NCBI GenBank assembly: GCA_044892505.1
Contig: CM097884.1
Coordinates: forward strand, 125,302,001 to 125,366,000
DNA length: 64,000 bases
Origin: Schmidtea nova
Taxonomy: Eukaryota
Direction of reading: 5' to 3'
A model generated the notes under the pieces. That model saw only the letters and a list, made by a program, of their open reading frames with translations. It was not told the DNA's origin and did not search any database. Of this stretch, positions 55,601 to 64,000 are shown in pieces. Each line of letters begins with the position of its first letter. Position 1 is the stretch's first letter. A program made the translations under genes and the position numbers.

Positions 55601-55877
55601 TAAAGAACAAAAGAAACATGAAATTGCATTGAATATTAAATCATTGAACCGTATAAATAATTATAATCAGGAAAATCGAATACATAGATCTTTTGGAGTC
55701 GGTGAATTGGTACTCGTCAAGGAAGATATCAGAAACAAGCAAGATAACAGGTATTGCGGACCTTTTGAAATAATGGAAAAATATAATAAAAATAGTTATT
55801 TATTAAAGAATGCTGATAATAAATGTATTACTAGAAATGTGGAATGGCTAAAGCCATTTAAAACGAGGGGGATGTGA
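52605..55877 (+). CDS. pol: Gypsy Pol (PR-RT-RH-IN)
   Basis: LFDTGA (PR), YLDD (RT), LDTDAS (RH), H..CH..C..C, IYIDFCGP, HVDKG, NGQIER, YCGPF (IN); stop lies inside the 3' LTR. Confidence 0.96.
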   Translation: MRTLNAECNDCLVDCLFDNVNVDFFPNQKSDYDFYLINNCNNEQNENDCIFVSDCYKNDCILNIFNKKLKLPSVNVIKDIFDIGYCKVDGRPFNNVKLNNVTFNSLFDTGAKISVLSKMTAEKLNLKYFNEGNRKISCANGSMLGILGKVSLRLEFNNKEITGEFFVAEEIYPEVIIGIDILNSLNIKLVEFCNENVLSLQAKFGNNLKLNIKNKYINEILKIERCNPIYEIVIEFSDIFMCNKWDIGKTDILKHRIETNCNPIPIKPRRQPMHYEEKLEEIVKNLEENKIIEKCESPWNSPIVCVPKKGTSEIRMCLDFRILNSNTVRPAFPIPNVDEMLDSLYGAKYFSSIDLGNAYYQVELDEESKLKTAFSTRQGQFCFNRMPFGIAAAPSTFQKLMTLIVGDMMWNEALVYLDDILIFSKTIEEQKERINKLFLRIRKSGLKINPEKCKFLVSELKFLGHIINEKGIKTDESKIETIKNVKQPNCVKHLRSFLGLCNYYRKFIQNYSKIARPLESLIGGKSKSIIWTSQCEKAFDELKHSLISAPLLCHPDFNKTFILDTDASFDCIGAVLSQRGDDNEEKIIAYGSKSMNKHEIGYCITRKELLSVFHFTQHFKHYLYGKKFILRTDHKAITFMLTTKKPITAQFQNWINFLSSLDMKLEYRKGEKHNNADALSRLNIGNCTQCQMNHIDAKAERIKTKILAMSIEDQTFKWQSNSEEIMEIKENIQNGKTEDYYVDNGIIMTHNNKIYIPSYLKNDFILEIHKELCHAGINKTTSYIKNYYNFQEMDKSIRRIITTCEICQKRKTFTGKTKEVIEKLIAHEPFEKIYIDFCGPFKMTPSGKRYVMAIIDHFSKYIVLKAVRTQEEKTLIDNLESSWILKFGPPKEIHVDKGKCFESQAFKNMAMKYHLKIVYSSPYHHQSNGQIERQFRTLRDWISCCLDEKQFKTWEEALPHIEFAMNSTMQSSIKVSPVEVIYGRKFCKERFTNGPEINAKEQKKHEIALNIKSLNRINNYNQENRIHRSFGVGELVLVKEDIRNKQDNRYCGPFEIMEKYNKNSYLLKNADNKCITRNVEWLKPFKTRGM

Positions 55878-56108
55878 TGTAATTATAACGGGATATTCGA
55901 TTTCCCTAACCCTTATTATATATTGTGTCATGCCTGCATGTGTGATTGATTATGCTTGATTGACTGGGTCCTCAGATGACATCATTGTTTATTATTTTCC
56001 CAAGAAGCTATTGCTGATTGTGCTGGTGTCGGCACACCGGGTACTATAAATAGTACCAAGATTTCTTAAATAAAGTTTTAGAACTTCAAAAGTCATTCTT
56101 ATTCTTTA

Positions 56109-56597
<489 letters not shown>

Positions 56598-57505
56598 TCA
56601 AATAGTTCACACTTTGAAATTAACGTTTTAATTTCAATCCAAATCAAAATCGAAGAAAAACAAGAATCCAGTAATAACTTCCAAATTATAAAACTAAATT
56701 CAATTCAAATTCAAAGCTTCCTCTAAATTCCATAATCGAAACCATCACAAAAATTCATTGGAATAATAAAACAAACCCATATTCCTACAATTCAATTATC
56801 AATAAAAATAATCAATCAAATCAAATTCTCAAACTCTAAAATCCAAGAAAAACAAGAATCGAGAGATAATAAAATTCCAAATTATATTGCGCACACAGAC
56901 GCTAGAAATCGTAGATCCCAAAAAAATGCACACACATACGGACGCGAAAACGAAACTGTAANNNNNNNNNNNNNNNNNNNNNNNNNNNNNNNNNNNNNNN
57001 NNNNNNNNNNNNNNNNNNNNNNNNNNNNNNNNNNNNNNNNNNNNNNNNNNNNNNNNNNNNNNNNNNNNNNNNNNNNNNNNNNNNNNNNNNNNNTACATAA
57101 TAATAATAATTGTAATAATAATTATATTAATATTACTAAAAAAATAATACTTATATAATATTAATAGTAAAAAATATTATTAAAAACTTTAAAACTTTTC
57201 TAAATTGCGTCAAAAAATTTAAACAAAGATGACTTTGACTGTTGACCTCGATTATGTAATTATGATGTCATAACTAATGTGCTATGTAAAAGGCCGAGTA
57301 ATATTATGTAACAATCATGTGTGTTATGTAAAACCCGTGCTTTTTGTACTGGTTACATAATCAGATGTGTTGTGTAAAGCTCGAACGATTACTTAATATA
57401 CACACGGGGGTATTGAGGCAGTAAGCTCATTACCTTCTACTGAAAGCGAAAGAGATTCTATAAAGACTGAAGTAAATCAATCTACACATCATCAAATATA
57501 TAAAA

Positions 57506-57994
57506 CTAGTTAATTGCAAAGCGCCTAAGGCACCCGTTGACAAATCATAAAATAAATGAACAGTTTGACATACTAAATATTTATTAAAAATTCTATTTCT
57601 TATATTCTTAAGCAATTTGAAAATTATTTCTGTTATATATATGGAAAATATATAAAAAAAATTAATAATGATATGGATTCGAGATTTCTTCGTCGTTTAA
57701 GAAATTAAATTTAACTTTGTGATAATAAATATGGTTGTAAATAATGCCTAAAAGTAAATTCAAGTTAGTTTTGATTGCTTCGGATTAATTTTTAATTTAT
57801 ACTTACAGAGAAAATTTGATTTAATTTTTTTTTTTGGAAATTAAAAGTAGAAAGCGCTTTTTCAAAAATTGGTAATCTTGTAAAAAATATATGATAGTAT
57901 TAGTGAGAGAGAATTTTTTTATGATAGTGTTAGAATCAACCAATCAGTGAATCAGTCAGTGAATCAGTGATGAGCGTAATTATTATATGGTAGA
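57506..57994 (-). mobile_element. Non-autonomous Helitron
   Basis: Minus strand: A|TCTACCATATAATAATT ... GTGCC-TTA-GGCGC hairpin, short spacer, CTAG|T. Confidence 0.8.
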
Positions 57995-58749
57995 TAAGAA
58001 AGACAGTCAAATTTCATGATAACATAAATAAAGTATAATATATGTAAGAAATTTTATTTGAACTCAGTAGTAAAATATATTGCCAAAATGAAGTGAGGAA
58101 ATAAAATTTATCAAATATTCTATCTGATGTAAAATTTTGTTCTTTCAAAAGTTATGTTAATAATCAGTTTCTAATTTGGTTTTCATAATAAATAATTAAA
58201 ATTTATGACGAGTTAATATAGAATTATCACATAATAAAACTTTATTTATTTACAGTAAAATCTTGATATAGCAATCCTGTTTATAAACAATATTCACTTA
58301 TTACAGACTTTTTCACTAGTGCCTTGTTTTTGAATTGAAAATATATTGTGAATACTTTGTATATAACAAACTTTGGTTATAACCCTAATAAATTATTTTC
58401 TTAATTCATACTATTTCTGTGCAAAAATATTCGAATATAACAAACAGTACGAATCAGTTGTACATCAATGTAAGTATTGGTTTATATAAAATTATTATTA
58501 TAAAATAAAATCTATTCTCTTGACTCAATTTTTATTTTACCTGTGTTATTTGGAACTTGTGTTTTGCGTGATTAATTTCTTGATTATAACTGAACTTGAT
58601 TGATTTGTGTATAAGCATTTCTATAAAGATAAATTTTAGTTTCAGTTCAAATTTTGTATAGACAAGTCAATAAAATTTTCATTTTAGAATTTATTTATCC
58701 GTTGTTGTAAAGAACAGCTTTTTCTCACAATGATAAACTAACCATATTA

Positions 58750-59030
58750 AAATGGCTAGCTAGAAGAATTTGAACTACGATAAGATTGGCATGCATTTCA
58801 AAGTTATAAAATCAACAATTTCAGGAATTGTTCGCAATTGAGAAAAATATGAACATGCAGGTTATTTATGTGTTAAACGAAGAAAAATATATTTGAAAAT
58901 TATTTAGAAATTGAAAGTTATTAAAATTTGGCTGAATGTGAGCATAACAGTTTGCAGCAAAATTTAACATTTCTGAATGTCACATAAGTGATGGGTAGTT
59001 AGATTGCTGTAAAAAAAGAAAGTCTTTATA
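58750..59030 (+). pseudogene. pogo/Tigger transposase N-terminal remnant
   Basis: YDKIGMHFKVIKSTISGIVRN (HTH) and FAAKFNISECHISDG*L..CKK (CENP-B-type ASxGWL). Confidence 0.55.
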
Positions 59031-60192
59031 TAATTAGTGAAAATACATGTGTTGGATCATGAGTGAAAGCCCATTCAGACATTCCTCTTAAATATATATT
59101 ACGAAACAGGCTCAAAAAACAAAGTGAATATCTATGCGGAAAATCAGGTAGGGAATCCCTATAACAACATTTAATCGAATAATCATAAATCGATCATTCC
59201 TAAACCGCTTATTATCTTTCAATTGATCATTCCTAAAAATTAATCAATCCCAATAACAATCAGTAATCTTTCAATCATTTATGAAAAAACTGTATGACAA
59301 TTCTACATTATGTGTTTACTATCCTTATTGTGTGTTATGACCATATTAACAATATTTACTGAACAATATTATTGTTGTAATTTTATATTTATATTTTTAT
59401 GGAAAAAAACAAATAAAATACTGTAAGCGCATAACATAAAAACATTACACGCACCCTTGTTCATTAAAAACGCTGTATTTGGAAACTTAATTTGATCATA
59501 TTGGTAAATTTTTGTAATTAAATAAATTTTCAAAAACAAATAGACTTATTTATTTTTTCTATAACCAGTGCACGTTGAGGTCCCAACACATGAGTTTCTC
59601 TAGAAATTTACACTAACTGGATTAAATATAAATAACGTGGTATGTTAGAAAAGCATGAGCACAGAAAATGTGTTCAATTTGGATTAGATATCATTATTTT
59701 ATAAATAAAGGCCAAATAAATTCATGTAGTGATGGAAAATTAAGTAAAGAAGAGGTAAATGCTCTATTCGGAGCTAATTCTGATGGTTCTTGTTATTGGG
59801 AAATATGCAAAGCCTTAATTTTTAAAAGATATTGAAAACGATTCTGTTAGAAGATGGGCGAATAATAAAAATTTTTAAATTAAAACACTATATAGGAGGG
59901 AATAAACATAGGATAAATATAAACATAAAAAACAAAATTGAGTCGAGACTTCAAGGATGATTTCGAAAATTCATCAAAAATCTGATTTATTTGTGATGAA
60001 AATTATAATGATTTTAATAACAAATATGTGATCAATTTAGTGACAAGTTATTCTGACAATTTTTGTGATTTATCATTATGTTATTTATTATATTTTAGGT
60101 TATTAATCTTTGCTGTTATAATTCGTAATTCATGGTTAATTGATTTCTATAATTTTTTGTTTTCAACATATGTTGGAAGCTGGAAGAATATT

Positions 60193-60767
60193 TAAAACAA
60201 TAAAACTGAAATATTATGAAATAGGAGTTAACAGATATAGGATAATATAGACAACAAGGGCAACAACGATCATCAATACAACCCATCAAACAATCCAATA
60301 TCAAATAATTGAATATGAAACTGAATTTCATTTGATTTTATTTATTGTATTTTATTTGACTTTATTTTGATATGATAACAATTATGTGATGACAATTATA
60401 TGATCAGAAAAAAATTATTAAAATAGATATAATTTAAAAATAATTATTAGTTAATTCTAAAATTAAAATTTGTTATTAATAAAACAATAAAACTGAAATA
60501 TTATGAAATAGGAGTTAACAGATATAGGATAATATAGACAACAAGGGCAACAACGATCATCAATACAACCCATCAAACAATCCAATATCAAATAATTGAA
60601 TATGAAACTGAATTTCATTTGATTTTATTTATTGTATTTTATTTGACTTTATTTTGATATGATAACAATTATGTGATGACAATTATATGATCAGAAAAAA
60701 ATTATTAAAATAGATATATTTTAAAAATAATTATTAGTTAATTCTAAAATTAAAATTTGTTATTAAT
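60193..60767. repeat. Near-perfect tandem duplication of about 287 bp
   Basis: Two copies starting at 60193 and 60480, differing only in one short AT tract; close to a gap. Confidence 0.9.
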
Positions 60768-61149
60768 TTTTGTTATTGACGCGAGGCGTCACAGTACAAT
60801 TGTTTGGACATTTTAAGTGTCAATGCATAGAACAGAACGCTCTTCAAGATCAATAAAAACAAANNNNNNNNNNNNNNNNNNNNNNNNNNNNNNNNNNNNN
60901 NNNNNNNNNNNNNNNNNNNNNNNNNNNNNNNNNNNNNNNNNNNNNNNNNNNNNNNNNNNNNNNNNNNNNNNNNNNNNNNNNNNNNNNNNNNNNNNNNNNN
61001 NNNNNNNNNNNNNNNNNAATACACACTTGATAAAGACTGTGCCGAAATATTGTGTTATTGTTTATAAAAATTTTTTTGATCTATAGTCATCATTATGAGA
61101 ATTATTGATAATAATAATAAAAAAAGATCAAAGGTGAAAAAAGACAATT

Positions 61150-61167
61150 ATGATGATGATGATGATG

Positions 61168-61210
<43 letters not shown>
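61150..61210. repeat. (GAT)n(AAT)n compound microsatellite
   Basis: Direct inspection. Confidence 0.9.
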
Positions 61211-61216
<6 letters not shown>

Positions 61217-61528
61217 GGAATATGTTATTTAACTGGTAAATACATCATCTTTAGAATATTAATTTAAGAATTATTGTTGAAACTGCAAATAAATAAATTA
61301 TAAACTCACACAAAGTAAACCAAATAAAAAAATACACAATAAAAATTATATATATATATATATATTCGAACTTTCATCAGATAGGTGTCGCTGCGCTTAA
61401 AAAATTCTTAAAATAAATACACGAATTAAAACAAAAAACAGTTAATTATATTAAAATTAGATAGAAAAAAGTTACAAGAAATTAATATAATTAATAGGGT
61501 AGAGGTATAAACCAGATATAGATTAACC

Positions 61529-63220
61529 CAGTGTTTCCCAACGTGGGGCCCACGCCCCACAAGAGAGCAATCTAAGTTTTTAGGAGGTCAATTTTAAATT
61601 TTAATTTTTTTCGAAAGTAGATGCAACATTCATTCAAATCACTAGCGAAATATAAATTAATTAATTGAAAGACCTGCGTTTTTTCTATTAAATTAAAAGA
61701 AAATTTAGAAAAAAGAAATACGTTGAAAACTTTATTTGCAGTTAATACTGCAAATAATAATCGTACACTCGAGGCCAGTTATCAGATTGCAATACTTATT
61801 GCCAAATCCGGGGAAAATCATACGATTGGCGAAAATTTAATCAAGCCAGCAATATCAACATTTCTTGAAACGGTTCTGCGAAAAGACGATATTTTGCCGC
61901 TTAGTAACAATATTGTAAGCAGGAGAATTGACGAAATGAGTGAAAATGTTGAAAAACAACTTGTTGAAAAACTCCGAACAAAATATTTCTCACTGCAAAT
62001 GGATGACAGTGAGTCTATATTGATAGCATATGTGAAATATGTTGATAAAGAGGATTTTGAGGAAGAAATGTTGTTTTGTACGTCATTAGAAAGCACCAAA
62101 ACGGCGAAAGATATATATAATAAGTTAAAAGATTTTTTAAATATAAATAATATTCCATTGGAGAACATTATTTCCTGTGCTGCAGATGGTGCTCCTAATA
62201 CGATGAGGAAGAAAAATGGCTGCAGAAAAATGATGAAAGCTGAGAATCCAGGAATGCTACTCGTACACTGTGTTTTGCTCCGAGAAAACTTGGTAGCGAA
62301 AAATATTTAACCTCAACTTTATGAAATATTAAATTCTGTTATAAAATGTATCAATAGCATTAAAGCTAGTGCAAAATGCGAACGTTTGTTTAAGTTATAT
62401 TGTGAAGAACAAAATTTAGACTATGTTAGGCTTTTACACCATACTGAAGTAATGTGACTTTCAAAAGGAAATTGTTTAAAAAGGTTTATGGAACTATTTG
62501 ATGTTGTAAAGGTATTTTTGTACGACAAGCCCGAAATGATGTATCTTTTGACAGTTGATGGCAAAGCACTTTTAAGTTATTTATCAGGTATCTTTGAAAA
62601 ACTAAATATATTAAATAGCCAGCTTCAAGGAGAAAATAGAACTCTTATTGATGCTAAGGCAAAGATATTCGGGTTCATTGCCAATATTGAATTGTGGCGA
62701 AAAGATATCTGTAGGAAAAACTTTGTTAGATTTTATTGGTTCGAAAAATGAATGTGATAGACGACACTATACTTGCCATTGTCAATTACTTGAAAGTTTT
62801 GTCAGCCGACTTGACAGAAAGATTTACAGATTTAAAAGAAATCGACTTTCCAGCCTGGATAATGCAGCCAATGTTCGTGGATTTATCAGATATATCAAAT
62901 ATTCATTATCAAGAAGAACTCGCAGAAATACAAAATAATGAATCAATTAGAACTTTTTTTCATTTAAAAGGATTAAAGACGTGGTTTTGTATGGAAACAG
63001 AGACAAAATATCCCCATACATATAAATTTGCGAGAAAATTGCTGCTACCTTTTCCTTCCTCGTATTTAGCTGAGTGTGGTATTAGTGCTTTGAATGATTT
63101 GCTGCTGAAAAAAGAAATCGATTGGACGCGACTAAACGTGGAAACTGAAGAATTAAGCTAACCAAATTAGAACCAGATATCAAGTCTCTTTGTGATTTGC
63201 AACAAGCGCAAGGATTTCAT
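61529..63220 (+). mobile_element. hAT (Buster/Charlie, ZBED5-like) transposon, decayed
   Basis: Left end CAGTGTTTCCCAAC; FSLQMDDS, ADGAPN, VHCVLLRENL, HTEVM*LSKG, SYLAECG.SA across stops and frameshifts; right TIR not found. Confidence 0.85.
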
Positions 63221-63429
63221 TAAGTTATATTAAAATCTATAACTGATAATTATGATAATATGAAATCTATATTAAAAATTCTTTTAATTTTATTTGTGTT
63301 ATTATAGGGTTTTTCGATCTATTTGGATTTTTCCGATCATTTTGGAATTAAATTAATTAATTTATTAATTGATTTAATATTTTTCAATCAATTTCGATAT
63401 TTTATCAATCATTTTGGAATTTGCCCTTA

Positions 63430-64000
63430 ATGGCAAACAGACTAACAGACCAAATTCGACAAACTATTGTCACGAATTATGAACAAGGTAAACCCGTAGC
63501 TGAAATTGCCACATTTCTTAATATCCTTAAATCCACTGTTTATGGTGTGATTAACGTATTTACCACCTCAGGTCGAATTGTTAGACTTACGTCTGGTGGT
63601 GATAGACGCTCTGTTTTATCTGAAATGCATAAAAATCAAGTGCGTAATTGGGTGGACGCAAATCCGTCTATTACTTTGGCAGCACTAAAGAATTTAGTTT
63701 TTAACGAATTTGGAATAAATTGTTCTGTAGCAACAATTGATCGATGTTTGAGATCATTCCATTATACATTTAAGCGAATGTCTCTAATTCCAGAACGCCG
63801 AAATTGCCCTGATGTAATTAATTCTCGGCATTCCTACGCACTTAATTATCTCAAAAACATTGCTGTCATCTCTTGATTACAAAGTTATCTTTATCGATGA
63901 GACAGGCTATAGTATTTCAATGAGAAGTAAATATGGACGATCTGTTTCTGGTACAAGACCATATACAAACGTGCGTGCAATTCGTTCAAGAAATATTTCC
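63430..64000 (+). pseudogene. IS630/Tc1-like transposase, frameshifted, runs off the window
   Basis: Paired-type HTH N-terminus, GGDRRS, then KVIFIDETG (first catalytic D) in the +1 frame after 63876. Confidence 0.8.

Noticed and set aside
63840-63900. Programmed -1 frameshift in the IS630/Tc1-like transposase
   Set aside because: The downstream frame is +1 relative to the first ORF, so an ordinary inactivating indel is the simpler explanation.

Overview
AT-rich eukaryotic scaffold with five N-gaps, almost certainly from an invertebrate animal (BEL/Pao element, animal-type calmodulin N-terminus); the taxon cannot be fixed from sequence alone. It is mostly a transposon graveyard: MULE, several hAT, Merlin, piggyBac, Tc1/mariner, pogo, Ginger-like, Helitron, Polinton-type polB and BEL remnants. 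Two elements look intact: a hAT (28272-30648) and a very young Ty3/Gypsy (51184-56110, LTRs identical by eye). No complete host gene is recognisable. Two things stand out. (1) The gap-bounded block 46173-56961 is a BEL/Pao-derived chimera with inverted LTR-like arms that appears to have stitched in cellular RNAs: the 5' end of calmodulin, the C-terminal 31 codons of ubiquitin fused in frame to Gag, a 41-nt antisense copy of its own pol, and a copy of tRNA-Ile ending in CCACCA with G at the wobble position. (2) An unrecognised dispersed family occurs as three diverged copies of a small coiled-coil/Arg-rich ORF, each followed by a multi-hairpin motif (four copies) whose stems show compensatory changes. 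All assignments are by eye; no database search or folding program was run.
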